Below are positions 11,257 through 22,519 of a stretch of DNA of 64,000 bases, one piece after another. This DNA comes from Candidatus Eiseniibacteriota bacterium (GTDB taxonomy: Bacteria > Eisenbacteria > RBG-16-71-46). How positions within the stretch are numbered: the stretch's first letter is position 1; each line of letters opens with the position of its first letter. The notes under the pieces were generated by a model. That model did no database searches, had not been told where the DNA came from, and saw nothing but the letters and a program-made list of their open reading frames with translations. A program made the position numbers and the translations under genes. The stretch lies in contig CAVZLN010000006.1 in the NCBI GenBank assembly GCA_963776245.1, forward strand, positions 320,001 to 384,000, given 5' to 3'.

Positions 11257-12638
11257 CGCGTCCCTCCCGGTGCGCAGCCGCGCGCAGCACGTCGTCGCCC
11301 AGCCGCCAGACGTCGCCGGCCCCGAGCGTGATCACCACGTCACCGGCGCGCGCCTCGGACGCGACCGCGGCGACGGCCTCGGCGCGCGATCGGGCGCGTA
11401 CTCCACGTGCGCTCCGCCCTGCGCGCGGGCGCGCTCGACGATGGTGCCGGCGCCCACGCCCGCGATCGGCGACTCGCCGGCGGCGTAGACGTCGAGCACC
11501 CAGACGCGGTCGGCGTCCCCGAAGCAGCGCCCGAACTCCTCGCGCAGCGCCGCCGTGCGGGTGTAGCGGTGCGGCTGGAACAGCACCAGCACCCGGCCGC
11601 CGAGCCCGCGCGCGGCCGCGAGCGTGGCGCGCGATCTCGGTCGGATGGTGGCCGTAGTCGTCGATCACGCGCACCTCGGCCACGGCTCGCCGCGCGTCTC
11701 GAAGCGCCGCCCGACGCCCCGGAACGCGGCCAGCGCCTCGGCGATGTGCCCGAAGCCGATCTCGAGCTCGAGGCCGACCGCGACGGCCGCCAGCGCGTTG
11801 AGCACGTTGTGGCGCCCCGGCAGCGCAGCTCGACGGTGCCGCAGGCGGCGTCATGCGCGTGCACCGTGAAGCGCGCGCCGTGCGGCTGCAGCTCGACGTC
11901 GCTGGCGCGCACCTCGCACCTCGGCAGTGTGCCGTAGAGCATCGTGCGCTTGGTGACGCTCGGCAGGATGGCGCGCACCTGCTCGTCGTCCGCGCACAGC
12001 ATGCTGACGCCGTAGAACGGCACGCGATTCGCGAAGTAGACGAACGCCTGGCGGATCTCCGCGAGGTCCTGATAGTGGTCGAGGTGCTCGCGGTCGATGT
12101 TGGTGATCACCGTGACGGCCGGCGCCAGCCGCAGGAACGACCCGTCGCTCTCGTCGGCCTCGGCGACCAGGAACCGCCCGTGGCCGAGGCGCGCGTTGGC
12201 GCCGAGCGCGTGCAGCCGTCCGCCCACCACGATGGTCGGGTCGAGCCCGCCGCGCGCCAGCACCGCCGCCACCATCGAGGTGGTGGTGGTCTTGCCGTGC
12301 GAGCCGCCCACCGCGACGCCGTACTTCATGCGCATCAGCTCGGCCAGCATGTCGGCACGCGCGATGATCGGCAGCCCGGCCTCGCGGGCCGCGCCCAGCT
12401 CGGGGTTGTCCGGCTTCACCGCGCTGGAGTACACCACCACCTGCGCGCCGTCGACGTTGGACGCCGCGTGGCCGATGAACACGCGCCCGCCGCGCGCCAC
12501 CAGCCGGTCGGTGACCTCGCCGGCCTTCAGGTCGCTGCCCGAGACCTGGTAGCCCATGTTGAGCAGCACCTCGGCGATGCCCGACATGCCGCTGCCGCCG
12601 ATGCCGATGAAGTGGATGCGGTGGGTCCGTCCGTACAT
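11253..12638 (-). CDS. murC: UDP-N-acetylmuramate--L-alanine ligase; frameshifted in the 3' half
   Basis: '[15 protein letters not shown]', 'GSHGKTTTT', 'EADESDGSF', '[10 protein letters not shown]', 'FQPHRYTRT'. Confidence 0.96.
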
Positions 12639-13774
12639 CAGCGCCCCCCTCCCCCGGCGACGCTCGCGCGCGCGGCCGCGCGGCCGTGGGACCAGCGCAC
12701 CAGGCTCCCGACGATGCGCTCGGCCGCGTCGGGGCGCGCGAACAGGCGCGCGTTCGCCGACATGCGCGACAGCGCCTGGCGGTCGCTCAGCAGGTGGGCG
12801 ATCTCGTTCGCCAGCCGCTCGCCGGTCAGCTCGCGGTCGAGGATCATCGCCGCGGCCCCGCGATCGACGAGGTTGGCGGCGTTGACCGACTGGTGGTCGT
12901 GCGCCGCGTGCGGATACGGCACCAGCAGCGACGGCAGGCCGCAGACGGCGATCTCGGCCAGCGTCATCGCGCCCGAGCGGCACACCACGAGGTCCGCCGC
13001 GGCGTAGGCCAGGTGGATGCGGCGCAGGAACGGCAGCACCTTGGCCGGCAGCCCCTCGGTCTCGACGATGCCGCGGGCCCAGTCGAAGTCCTCGCGCCCG
13101 GTCTGCAGGATGAACTGCACGTCCACCCGCTGCCACAGCCGGCGCATCGCGTCGAGCGCCGCCTCGTTGATGCGGCGGGCGCCGCGGCTGCCGCCGAAGA
13201 TGAACACGGTCGGCTTGCCCGCCAGCAGGCCGAACTCGTGCAGCGCCGTCGTGCGGTCCCCGCTCAGGATGTGGTCGCGGATCGGATTGCCGGTCACCTT
13301 GAGGTTGTCCTTGCGGTCGAAGTACGAACGGGCCTCGACGAACGACAGGTGCACCTCGTCGGCGATCCGCGCCAGCCAGCGGTTCGCGAGCCCCGGGACG
13401 CTGTTCTGCTCCTGGAGCAGCAGCGGGCGGCCCAGCATCCACGCCGCGAGCGCCAGCGGACCGCTCACGTACCCGCCGGTGCCGAGCACGACGTCGGGCC
13501 GCTCGTTCGCCACCACCCACACCGCCTGGAGCAGGCCCACAGCGTTGGCGAACAGCGCCGCCGGCCAGCGCCACCACGCGCGGCGCGGCAGCCCGCGCGT
13601 CCAGATGAAGACGATGCGGAAGCCCGCCTCGGGCACGGCCTGCGCCTCCAGCCCGCGCCGGGTGCCGACGAACAGGATCTCGGCCTCGGGGTGCGAGCGC
13701 TGCAGTTCCTCGGCCACCGCCACCCCGGGATAGACATGCCCGCCGGTGCCGCCGCCCGCGATCAGGACCTTCAT
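12638..13774 (-). CDS. murG: Lipid II GlcNAc transferase MurG
   Basis: '[13 protein letters not shown]', 'GTGGYVSGP', '[10 protein letters not shown]', 'GGSRGA', 'RSGAMTLAE'. Confidence 0.97.
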   Translation of the reverse strand: MKVLIAGGGTGGHVYPGVAVAEELQRSHPEAEILFVGTRRGLEAQAVPEAGFRIVFIWTRGLPRRAWWRWPAALFANAVGLLQAVWVVANERPDVVLGTGGYVSGPLALAAWMLGRPLLLQEQNSVPGLANRWLARIADEVHLSFVEARSYFDRKDNLKVTGNPIRDHILSGDRTTALHEFGLLAGKPTVFIFGGSRGARRINEAALDAMRRLWQRVDVQFILQTGREDFDWARGIVETEGLPAKVLPFLRRIHLAYAAADLVVCRSGAMTLAEIAVCGLPSLLVPYPHAAHDHQSVNAANLVDRGAAAMILDRELTGERLANEIAHLLSDRQALSRMSANARLFARPDAAERIVGSLVRWSHGRAAARASVAGGGGR

Positions 13775-14907
13775 GCGTCCCCCCGCGCCCAGCGCTGGCG
13801 CGTGAGCGCCTCGCCGTCGGCATTCGACGTGCTGATCCGGTACAGCAGGCCGGCGGCCGCGAGATTCGCGAGCAGCGCCGAGCCCCCGTACGACACGAAC
13901 GGCAGCGGCAGGCCGGTGGTGGGCGCGAGCCCGGTGGCCACCGCCAGATTCACGATCGCATACAAGCCGATCTGCAAGGTCAGTCCTCCCGCGAGCAGGA
14001 AGGCGAAGGGATCGTTGGCGCGCGCCGTGGCGCGCATCCCCCGCCAGACCAGAAGTCCGAGCGCCACGAGCAACGCCGTGGCACCGAGGAACCCGAGTTC
14101 CTCGGCCAGGATGGAGAAGATGAAGTCGGTGTGCGCCTCGGGCAGGAACAGGTACTTCTGCAGCCCGCCGCCGAGCCCGCGACCGAACCAGCCGCCCGAT
14201 CCGATGGCGATCAGCGACTGATCGAGCTGCCAGCCTGCGCCATGGGTGTCGAGCGCCCCGGTGAACACGAAGGAGATGAACGTCTCGAAGCGCTTCATCA
14301 TGTACGGGTGGGTCACCAGCGCGGTCGCCACTCCCAGCACGCCCACGCCGACCGGCACCGCCAGGTGGAGCAGCGGCGCACCCGCGAGGAATACCATGCC
14401 GAAGCCCGCCACGCCGAGCAGCCCGGCGCTCGACAGGTTCGGCTGCAGCAGGATGAGCAGGCACAGTCCGGCGAGGATGCCGAGCGCCGGCAGCGACCCG
14501 CGCCCGAAGCCGAGTTCCGACGGCGAGCGGCGCTTGAGCCACCACGCCAGGAACAGGACCGCCGCCATGCGGGCGAGGTCGGTGGGCTGGACGGTGAGGA
14601 AGCCGAAACGCAGCCAGCGCTGAGCACCCTTGGCGACATGGCCGGTGAGCACGACGACGATCAGCAGCGACACCGCCACCACGAACAGCGTCGGCGCCCA
14701 CGCCTCGAGGCGCCGGAGGTCGATCTTGGCGCAGGCCAGCATCACGACGATGCCGAGCAGCGCGCGGAACAGGTGCCGGGTGAAGAAGTAGTCCGGGTTC
14801 TGGAAGCGCGTGATGCCGAGGATCGAGCTCGACGAGTACACCATCACCAGCCCGAGCGCGGTCAGCACGAGCGGCAGCACGAGCAGCCAGCGGTCCCCAC
14901 GGCTCAT
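13771..14907 (-). CDS. ftsW: SEDS peptidoglycan polymerase FtsW
   Basis: 'GLVMVYSSS', 'GAQRW', '[19 protein letters not shown]', '[13 protein letters not shown]'. Confidence 0.96.
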   Translation of the reverse strand: MSRGDRWLLVLPLVLTALGLVMVYSSSSILGITRFQNPDYFFTRHLFRALLGIVVMLACAKIDLRRLEAWAPTLFVVAVSLLIVVVLTGHVAKGAQRWLRFGFLTVQPTDLARMAAVLFLAWWLKRRSPSELGFGRGSLPALGILAGLCLLILLQPNLSSAGLLGVAGFGMVFLAGAPLLHLAVPVGVGVLGVATALVTHPYMMKRFETFISFVFTGALDTHGAGWQLDQSLIAIGSGGWFGRGLGGGLQKYLFLPEAHTDFIFSILAEELGFLGATALLVALGLLVWRGMRATARANDPFAFLLAGGLTLQIGLYAIVNLAVATGLAPTTGLPLPFVSYGGSALLANLAAAGLLYRISTSNADGEALTRQRWARGDA

Positions 14908-16289
14908 GCTTCCCCCCGCCGGTCGCGCAGCTGCGCGACCTCGTCCTTGAAGCGCCGCCCGCGCTCCTCGAAGTCCTGGAACATATCGAACGACGCGCAC
15001 GCCGGGGAGAGCAGCACCACGGACGCCCCCGCGCGCAGCGCCTCGCCGTGCGCGCGCTCGACGGCCTCGGCGAGCGAGGCCGCCCGGCTCTGGGGCACGC
15101 CGGACCAGGCCGTGCCGATGCGTTCGGCGCCCTCGCCGATGAGCACGACGTGGCGGGTGCGCTCCCGCACCAGCGCGCGCACCGGCGCGAAGTCCTGGCC
15201 CTTGTCGCGCCCGCCCGCGATGAGCACCACCGGGGCGTCGAAGGAGCGGAGCGCCACGGCCATCGAGTCGAGGTTGGTGGCCTTCGAGTCGTTCACGAAC
15301 TCCACCCCGGCGACGCTGCCCGCGGGCTCGAGCCGGTGCTCGAGCCCGCGATAGTCGCGCAGCACCGCGCGCAGCGTGGCGGGCGCGATCTCGAGCGGCA
15401 GCGTGATGGCGAGCGCCGCGGCCACGTTGGCGAGGTTGTGGGCGCCGCGCAGCCGCAGCTCGCGGGCCTCGAGCACGGTCTCCACCCCGCCGCGCCACGC
15501 CAGCGCGAGGCGGCCATCGGTGACGAACGCCCCCGGATCGACCGCTCCCCGGGTGGAGAACGTCAGCGCGGACCCGACGCCGGCGCGGCGCGCCATGACC
15601 TCGGGGTCGTCGGCGTTCCACACCGCGTAGTCGGTCTCCTCCTGGCGCTCGAACAGGCGCGCCTTCATGGCGCCGTAGCCGCCGAGGTCGCCGTGGCGCT
15701 CGAGGTGGTCGGGCGTGAGGTTGAGCCACGCGGCGATGAACGGACGCAGGCGCTGCACGGTCTCGAGCTGGAACGACGACACCTCGACCACCAGCAGGCC
15801 GGCGGGCCGCACCTCTTCGGCCACCTCGCACAGCGCGCGGCCGATGTTGCCGCACACCTCGACCTCGCGCCCGGCCGCGCGCAGCAGCGCGCCGGTCAGG
15901 TGCGCCGTGGTGCTCTTGCCGTTGGTGCCGGTCACGCACACCAGCGGCGCGTGCGCGGCGAGGAACCCGATCTCGAGCTCGGAGAGCACCGGCAATCCGG
16001 CCGCGCGCGCGGCCACCGCGAGCGGGTGGGCGGCCGGGATGCCCGGGCTCCAGACCACCAGGTCGCGGCCCTCGAGCAGGCCGGCGTCGTCCCGGCCCCA
16101 CACCGCGTCCACCCCGATCGCGGCGAGCGCGGCCGCCGCCTCGGGCGCGTCCGACGCGGCGCGGCGGTCGCACACGCGCACGTCCACGCCGTGACGGCGC
16201 AGCAGCCGCGCCGCGGCGATGCCCGAGCGCGCGGCGCCCGCGACCAGGGCCCGGGTGCCGGGGAGCGGATGGCGGGCGTCGATCGTCAT
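14904..16289 (-). CDS. murD: UDP-MurNAc-L-Ala--D-glutamate ligase
   Basis: 'VTGTNGKSTT', 'EVSSFQLE', 'NDSKATN', 'LLSPACASFDMF'. Confidence 0.97.
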   Translation of the reverse strand: MTIDARHPLPGTRALVAGAARSGIAAARLLRRHGVDVRVCDRRAASDAPEAAAALAAIGVDAVWGRDDAGLLEGRDLVVWSPGIPAAHPLAVAARAAGLPVLSELEIGFLAAHAPLVCVTGTNGKSTTAHLTGALLRAAGREVEVCGNIGRALCEVAEEVRPAGLLVVEVSSFQLETVQRLRPFIAAWLNLTPDHLERHGDLGGYGAMKARLFERQEETDYAVWNADDPEVMARRAGVGSALTFSTRGAVDPGAFVTDGRLALAWRGGVETVLEARELRLRGAHNLANVAAALAITLPLEIAPATLRAVLRDYRGLEHRLEPAGSVAGVEFVNDSKATNLDSMAVALRSFDAPVVLIAGGRDKGQDFAPVRALVRERTRHVVLIGEGAERIGTAWSGVPQSRAASLAEAVERAHGEALRAGASVVLLSPACASFDMFQDFEERGRRFKDEVAQLRDRRGEA

Positions 16290-17380
16290 TGGAGCTTCAG
16301 CGTCGAGAGCGAGAGCAGGGCGAGCAGCGCGCCGATGATGTAGAACCGCAGCACCACGCGCGACTCGCTCCAGCCCCCGAGCTCGAAATGGTGGTGGAGC
16401 GGGGCCATGCGGAACACCCGCCGGCCCCGGAGCTTGAACGACGCCACCTGGATCATCACCGAGAGCGTCTCGGCCACGAACACGCCGCCGATCAGCACCA
16501 GCCAGAACTCGCGCTTGATGAGCACCGCGACGACGCCGAGCGCCCCGCCGAGCGCGAGCGAGCCGGTGTCGCCCATGAACACGTCGGCCGGGTGACAGTT
16601 GAACCACAGGAAGCCGAGCGCCGCTCCCAGCACGGCGGCGCAGAACACCGTCAGCTCCCCGCTGTAGGCGAGGTAGGAGAGGTTGAGGTAGGCGCTGAAC
16701 TTCACGTGGCCGCTCAGGTAGCACATGCCGGCCAGCGCGATCGCTGCGATCGCGACCAGCCCCGAGGCGAGACCGTCGAGGCCGTCGGTGAGGTTCACCG
16801 CGTTCGACGAGGCGGTGACGATGAGGATGACGAACGGCACGAACAGCCAGCCGAAGTCGATGACCTGGAACTTGAGGAACGGCACGTGGGTCACGGTCGG
16901 CGCCAGCCGCCCGGGCTCGGGCCACAGCACGAGCACCAGGCCGACGATGGCGCCCAGCAGGACCTGGCCGACCAGCTTGTAGCGGCCGAGCAGGCCCTTG
17001 GGCGCGCCCTTCACCACGCGCAGCCAGTCGTCGAGGAAGCCGAGCGCGCCGAGCCACACCGTGGCGAGCAGCGCCAGCCACACCGGGCGCGAGTGGAAGT
17101 TGCCCCACAGCAGCGTGGGCACCACGATCGCGGTGACGATCAGGATGCCGCCCATGGTCGGCGTGCCGGCCTTGGTGAGATGGCTCTGCGGCCCCTCGCT
17201 GCGCACCTTCTGCCCGAGCTTCACGCGCTGGAGCCACGCGATCATGTGCGGGCCCAGCCAGGTGCACAGCACGAGCGCGGTGATGGCCGCGTAGGCGGCG
17301 CGGAAGGTGATGTAGCGGAAGACGTTCAGCGCCCCGAGACCCGGCAGCGTGTGGAGCGGGAAGATCCACTCGTGGAACAT
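16286..17380 (-). CDS. mraY: Phospho-N-acetylmuramoyl-pentapeptide transferase
   Basis: 'KAGTPTMGG', 'NAVNLTDGLDGLA', 'FMGDTGSL', 'MAPLHHHFE'. Confidence 0.98.
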   Translation of the reverse strand: MFHEWIFPLHTLPGLGALNVFRYITFRAAYAAITALVLCTWLGPHMIAWLQRVKLGQKVRSEGPQSHLTKAGTPTMGGILIVTAIVVPTLLWGNFHSRPVWLALLATVWLGALGFLDDWLRVVKGAPKGLLGRYKLVGQVLLGAIVGLVLVLWPEPGRLAPTVTHVPFLKFQVIDFGWLFVPFVILIVTASSNAVNLTDGLDGLASGLVAIAAIALAGMCYLSGHVKFSAYLNLSYLAYSGELTVFCAAVLGAALGFLWFNCHPADVFMGDTGSLALGGALGVVAVLIKREFWLVLIGGVFVAETLSVMIQVASFKLRGRRVFRMAPLHHHFELGGWSESRVVLRFYIIGALLALLSLSTLKLQ

Positions 17381-17383
17381 GAC

Positions 17384-18800
17384 TCAGCCCTCTCCTTCGA
17401 GGCCGTCGAGCACGCGCTCGAGCGCGGCTCCGCGGGACGCCTTGACCAGCACCACCACGCCGTCCGCGAGCGCCTCGGCGAGCGCCGCACGCAGCGGCGC
17501 GATCCCTTCGAACACGCGCGCCTCGAGCCCGGCCTTGCGCGCCCCGCCCGCCAGGTCCGCGGCGTGCCGCCCGGTGGTCCACACCTCGGAGTCCGCGGCC
17601 GCGGCGGCGGTCTCGTGGTGGAGCCGCGCGGCGTCCGCGCCCAGCTCGAGCATGTCGCCGAGCACCGCGATGCGCCGACGGGCGCCCGGCCATCCCGCGA
17701 GGGTCTCGAGCGCGGCGCGCATGGACTCGGGGTTGGCGTTGTAGCAGTCCACCAGCAGCGTGGCCCCGCGCGCATGACGGATCTCCATGCGCCCCCGCGA
17801 CGGCCGGCAGGCCTCGAGGGCGCGCGCCACCGCCGCCCCGTCCAGGTTCAGTTCGCGGGCCACCGCGAGCGCGGCGAGGGCGTTGGACACCTGGTGGCGC
17901 CCCGGGATGGCGAGCGTCAAGGCGGGGAACCCCGCGACCTCGATGCGGCTCCCGCCCTCGCCGAGCGACGGTGACGCGGGTGGGGCGCACGTCGGCGTGC
18001 CGCGCGAGGCCGTAGGTGACCACGCGGCACCTGGCGCCCCGCACGGCCGCCACCAGCCGCGGCGAGTCGGCGTTCACGAACGCCGTTCCGCTGCCGCCGA
18101 GCGCGTGCGCGAGCGAGGCCTTCTCGCGGGCGATCGCCTCGAGCGAGCCCAGGTGCTCGAGGTGCGCGCTGCCGGCGTAGGTGAGCACGGCCGCGCCCGG
18201 ACCCGCGATGGCGGCCAGCGCCGCGATCTCCCCGGGATGGTTCATCGCCATCTCGATCACCGCGGTGCGGTGTTCCGGCTTGAGCCGCAGCAGCGTCAGC
18301 GGCACGCCCCAGTGGTTGTTCAGGTTCCCCTCGGTGCGCAGCGTGGGCGCCGCGGTCGCGAGCGCCGCCGCCACCAGGTCCTTGGTCGTGGTCTTGCCCA
18401 CGCTGCCGGTGACGCCGATGAGCGTCCCCGGCCAGCCCTCGCGGTGACCGCGCGCGATGCGCTGGAGCGCCTCGGTGACGTCGTCCACCACCACCAGCGG
18501 CCCGGGCTCGCGGCCGGCCCATTCCGCGTGACGCGCGCGCGCGCACAGCGCCGCGGTCGCGCCGCGCTCGAACGCGGCGGCGAGGAAGGCGTGGCCGTCC
18601 ACCCGCTCGCCCGGCAGCGGCACGAACAGCTCGCCCGGCCGCAGCGTCCGGGTGTCGATCGACGCCCCGTCGACGCCGGCGCGCAGCAGCGCCTCGCGCG
18701 CCCGCGGGTCCCCCGGCACCTCGCGCACCACGAGGTCGCCGCGGCTCCACTGCGCGAGCCGGACCAGCCCGATCGCCGGCGTGGTCGCGAAGGCGGTCAT
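17384..18800 (-). CDS. murF: UDP-MurNAc-tripeptide--D-Ala-D-Ala ligase; frameshift near 17960
   Basis: 'SIDTRTL', 'GVTGSVGKTTTKD', 'NLNNHWGVP', 'DCYNANPES', 'LGDMLELG', 'VKASRG'. Confidence 0.95.
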
Positions 18801-20275
18801 CGCGCCCCCCTCGTCGCCAGCGTCTCGCGCGCCACCACGCGGTCGTCGAACGGCAGCACCGCGGCCCCGATGGTCTGCGTGGTCTCGTGCCCCTTGCCCG
18901 CGATCACCACGATGTCCCCGGGCCGCGCCTCGGCGATCGCCGCGGCGATGGCCGCGCGCCGGTCGAGCTCGAGGCGCAGCGCCCCCGCCGGCGCGCCGGC
19001 GAGGATCTCGCGCGCGATCGCGGCCGGGTCCTCGCTGCGCGGGTTGTCGCTGGTGACCAACGCGAGATCGGCCTGCCGCGCGGCGATGGCGCCCATCTGC
19101 GGGCGCTTGGCGCGGTCGCGGTCGCCGCCGCAGCCGAACACCAGGAGGACGCGCCCGGAGGCGTGCTCGCGCGCCGCCGCCAGCGCGCGCTCGAGCGCGT
19201 CGGGCGTGTGCGCGTAGTCCACCACCACCTCGAACGGCCCGCCCGCCGCCACGCGCTCGAGCCGCCCCGGCACGCCGGGCGCGGACGCGAGCCCGCGCGC
19301 CGCGGTCGCGGCGTCGACGCCGAGCGCGCGGCCGGCGGCGAAGGCGCACGCCGCGTTCCACGCGTTGTAGCGGCCCAGCAGCGGCAGCGCGAGGGACACG
19401 GTCTCGCCCGCGTCGAGCAGCGTGACGTCGAGCCCGCCGTCGCGCGCCGCCACGTCGCGGATCCAGACGTCGGCCCCGCGCGTGGCACCGTAGGTGCGCA
19501 CCCCGATCCCGCCGTGGCGCGCGGCCTCGCTCACCCGCGAGGCCGCTGGATCGTCGGCGTTCACCACCGCGGTCACGCGCTTGCGGGTCGCCGCGAGGTT
19601 GCGCCCGTCGAACAGCATGAGCTTGGCGTCGAGGTAGGCCTCGAGCGTGCCGTGATAGTCGAGGTGGTCGTGACTCAGATTGGTGAACGCGACCACGTCG
19701 CACTCGAGACCATAGGTGCGCCGCTGCGCGAGCGCGTGGCTGCTCACCTCGAGGGCCACCGCGGCGAGGCCGCGGTCCGCCATCTCGCGCAGCAGCGCCT
19801 GCAGCTGCGGGGCCTCCGGCGTGGTGAACGCGGAGGCGCGCGCCTCCGTGCCGAAGCGCACCCCGGTGGTGCCGAGCAGGCCGGCCGCCAGCCCGGCGGC
19901 CTCGAGGATGGCGTGCACCAGATAGGTCGTGGTGGTCTTCCCGTTGGTGCCGGTGACGCCGCACACGCGCATCCGCCGCGACGGGAAGCCGTGGAAGCGG
20001 CAGGCCGCCTGCGCGAGCGCCTTGCGCGGATCATGGACGCGCACCACCGCGTCCCCCTCGAGCGCCACGCCGGGCCCCACCACCACGGCCGCCGCGCCCG
20101 CCCCGAGCGCCGCGCGCGCGAACGTCCCGCCGTCCGCCCGGAGCCCCGCGAGCCCGAAGAACAGGTCGCCACGGCGCACCTGGCGCGAATCGAGACTCAG
20201 GCCTTCCACGCTCACGTTCGGGTTCGCGGCCGGCGTCACCACGTCCACATCCTCCAGCACCTCGCGCAGGGTCAC
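18797..20275 (-). CDS. murE: UDP-MurNAc-dipeptide--meso-DAP ligase
   Basis: 'GVTGTNGKTTT', 'EVSSHAL', 'VDYAHTPD', 'FGCGGDRD', DAP-specific 'DNPR', 'AGKGHE'. Confidence 0.97.
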   Translation of the reverse strand: MTLREVLEDVDVVTPAANPNVSVEGLSLDSRQVRRGDLFFGLAGLRADGGTFARAALGAGAAAVVVGPGVALEGDAVVRVHDPRKALAQAACRFHGFPSRRMRVCGVTGTNGKTTTTYLVHAILEAAGLAAGLLGTTGVRFGTEARASAFTTPEAPQLQALLREMADRGLAAVALEVSSHALAQRRTYGLECDVVAFTNLSHDHLDYHGTLEAYLDAKLMLFDGRNLAATRKRVTAVVNADDPAASRVSEAARHGGIGVRTYGATRGADVWIRDVAARDGGLDVTLLDAGETVSLALPLLGRYNAWNAACAFAAGRALGVDAATAARGLASAPGVPGRLERVAAGGPFEVVVDYAHTPDALERALAAAREHASGRVLLVFGCGGDRDRAKRPQMGAIAARQADLALVTSDNPRSEDPAAIAREILAGAPAGALRLELDRRAAIAAAIAEARPGDIVVIAGKGHETTQTIGAAVLPFDDRVVARETLATRGAR

Positions 20276-22410
20276 GGCGACGAAGGCCCTCCCGTGGCGG
20301 TGGCCACCGCCGTCGTGGGCCTCTGCCGCGCGTCGTCCGGGCCCGGCTCGCACCACAGCCGGCAGGTCGCACCGGCCGCGATCGGCTCGCCGGGCGCCGG
20401 GCTCTGGCGCACCACCAGTCCCGCGCCCTCGATCGAGACGCGCGCGCCGAGCATCGCGAGCCGGCGCAGCGCCGCGCGCACCGAGAGCCGCGCCAGGTCG
20501 GGCATCCGGCCGGCGGTCGAATCCTGCGGCGCCGAGAGCCACACCATCACGCTCGCGCCCTTCTCGATCGCCTGCCCGGCGGCCGGCGACTGCGCCAGCG
20601 CGCGCGGCCCGGTGCCCGCGAAGCGGGCGCGCAGACCGCACGCGCCCAGGCGCTCCTCCGCGGCGCGCGGGAGCAGCAGGCGCAGGTCGGGCACGGTCAC
20701 GGCCGCGGGCGCCGGCGGACGGGCGGCCACCGCGGAGGACGCCAGGTCGAGCAGGCCGCCCGGCACCCGCCGCAGGTCCATCATCACCTCGCGGAACACC
20801 GGGCCCGCGACCTCGCCACCGAAGTACTTGGGACCGCGCGGTTCGTCGATGACCACCACCCCCACCAGCGACGGGGACTCGGCGGGCGCGAAGCCCACGA
20901 ACGACGAGATGAAGTAGCGGCCGTAGGTGCGCGTGGCCGGATCGTACTTCTGCGCGGTGCCGGTCTTGCCCGCGACGTGGAGGCCCGCGACCCGCGCCGG
21001 CCGGGCGGTGCCGCTGTCCACCACCGCGGCCAGCATCTCGCGCAGTGTCGCCGTGGTGGCCTCGCTGAACACCCGGCGCTGCGCCCGCGGCTCGAAGCGG
21101 CGCACCACGCGTCCATCGCCGTCCCGGATCTCACGCACCAGCATGGGCTGCATCAGCACCCCGCCGTTCGCGACCGAAGCGTACGCCAGCGCGAGCTGGA
21201 GCGGCGTGACCGTGACCTCGTGCCCGATCGCGAGCGTGGGCAGCGAGCGGCCCGACCAGTGCTCCGGACTGCGCAGCCGGCCGCCGGTCTCGCCGGGGAA
21301 CTCCACGCCGGTGAGGCTGCCGAATCCGAGCGCGGTCGCGTAGCGGTAGTAGCGCTCGCCGCCGAGCTTGATCGCCAGGCGAGCCATGCAGATGTTGCTC
21401 GACCAGCGCACCGCGTCGAAGAACGTCCAGCCCGCCGACTTGTGGGAGTCGTGGAGCACGCAGCCGGGGACGATCTGCGCCACCCCGCTCGCCGCGGCCT
21501 CGAGGTAGTCGCCGGGCTTCGCCACGCCCTCTTCGAGGGCCGCGCCCGCGACCACCATCTTGTAGGTCGAACCGGGCTCGTACTGGTCGGTGAAGTTCCA
21601 GTTGCGCGACTGCCCGTCCGTCCCGTGGGGCACGTTGGCCGCCGCGAGGATCTCGCCGGTGCGCGGGTCCAGGAACAGCCCGAAGGCGCGCACCGCCTGG
21701 AGCGTGTCGCGCGCGCGCACCAGGTGCGCCTCGAGGATGGCCTGCAGGTCGGCGTCGAGCGTGAGCACGACGTGCGCGCCATCGGTGGGGCTGCGGCGCA
21801 GCCCGCGCGCGAGCGCGTGCGTGCCGCCGCGGCCGTCGCGGAACATCGTCGTCCAGCCCGGGCGTCCGCGCAGCGCATCGTCGTACTGCAGCTCGAGCCC
21901 CTCGATCCCCACGTCGTCGAGATCGGTGCGGCCCAGGATCTCCCGCGCCGCGTCGCCGAGCAGGTACTCGCGCTGGGTCTCGACCGACAGGTAGAGGCCG
22001 CGGGTGTTCCACGCCGCGATCGCCTGGCCCACGTCGGGCGCGACGCGGCGGGCCACGAAGAGATAGCGCGGGCGGGCTTGGAACTCGCGCATCAGGCGCC
22101 GTGGATCGAGCCGGAGCCGGGCCGCGAGCGCGCGCGCGGTGGCGCGCGGGTCCTTCATCTCGTGCGGCGCCGCCGCCACCGAGTAGGTCAGCAGGTCGCG
22201 AGCGAGCGGGCGTCCCTGACGGTCGAGGAGATTGCCGCGCACCGGGCGCACCAGCACGCGCTGCTCCTGGTTCCGCTCGGCGCGTTCCTCGTAGAAGCGG
22301 TGGAGGCCGATCTGCAGCCACGCCACCCGCGCCCACAGCACCAGCAGACACAAGAAGAGGCCGGCCGCCGCCACCAGCACCCGACTCCTGCGCATTTCCG
22401 TGTGGGCCAA
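20272..22410 (-). CDS. ftsI: Class B PBP FtsI/PBP3 with C-terminal PASTA domains
   Basis: SxxK 'EPGSTYK', SxN 'WSSN', KTG 'AGKTGTAQ'; two PASTA-like repeats ('VPDL...QSPAAG', 'MPDL...QSPAPG'). Confidence 0.94.
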   Translation of the reverse strand: MAHTEMRRSRVLVAAAGLFLCLLVLWARVAWLQIGLHRFYEERAERNQEQRVLVRPVRGNLLDRQGRPLARDLLTYSVAAAPHEMKDPRATARALAARLRLDPRRLMREFQARPRYLFVARRVAPDVGQAIAAWNTRGLYLSVETQREYLLGDAAREILGRTDLDDVGIEGLELQYDDALRGRPGWTTMFRDGRGGTHALARGLRRSPTDGAHVVLTLDADLQAILEAHLVRARDTLQAVRAFGLFLDPRTGEILAAANVPHGTDGQSRNWNFTDQYEPGSTYKMVVAGAALEEGVAKPGDYLEAAASGVAQIVPGCVLHDSHKSAGWTFFDAVRWSSNICMARLAIKLGGERYYRYATALGFGSLTGVEFPGETGGRLRSPEHWSGRSLPTLAIGHEVTVTPLQLALAYASVANGGVLMQPMLVREIRDGDGRVVRRFEPRAQRRVFSEATTATLREMLAAVVDSGTARPARVAGLHVAGKTGTAQKYDPATRTYGRYFISSFVGFAPAESPSLVGVVVIDEPRGPKYFGGEVAGPVFREVMMDLRRVPGGLLDLASSAVAARPPAPAAVTVPDLRLLLPRAAEERLGACGLRARFAGTGPRALAQSPAAGQAIEKGASVMVWLSAPQDSTAGRMPDLARLSVRAALRRLAMLGARVSIEGAGLVVRQSPAPGEPIAAGATCRLWCEPGPDDARQRPTTAVATATGGPSSP

Positions 22411-22519
22411 CTGCTTCCCTCCCTGGAACGGCGGTTCACGCGGACCGCCGGGCCGTCACTTGCGCGGTGCGGTGGTGCGGCCGGCCAAAACCGGCGCAGC
22501 CCCGATCCGAATGCATGCG

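Noticed and set aside
1..12638. Frameshifts and an internal TAG in recG, ftsZ, ftsA, ftsQ, murC and others, read as pseudogenes, programmed frameshifting or stop-codon recoding
   Set aside because: They hit essential genes, cluster by region (about 0-12 kb and 33-43 kb) and leave motifs intact on both sides. TAG also serves as a normal stop elsewhere (ftsA, ychF). Assembly error is the simplest explanation.
14904..19964. Very long ORF-track entries (1686 aa, 1023 aa, 977 aa and similar) suggesting giant fusion proteins
   Set aside because: These are stop-poor high-GC frames or indel joins across separate genes with clear individual starts and stops.
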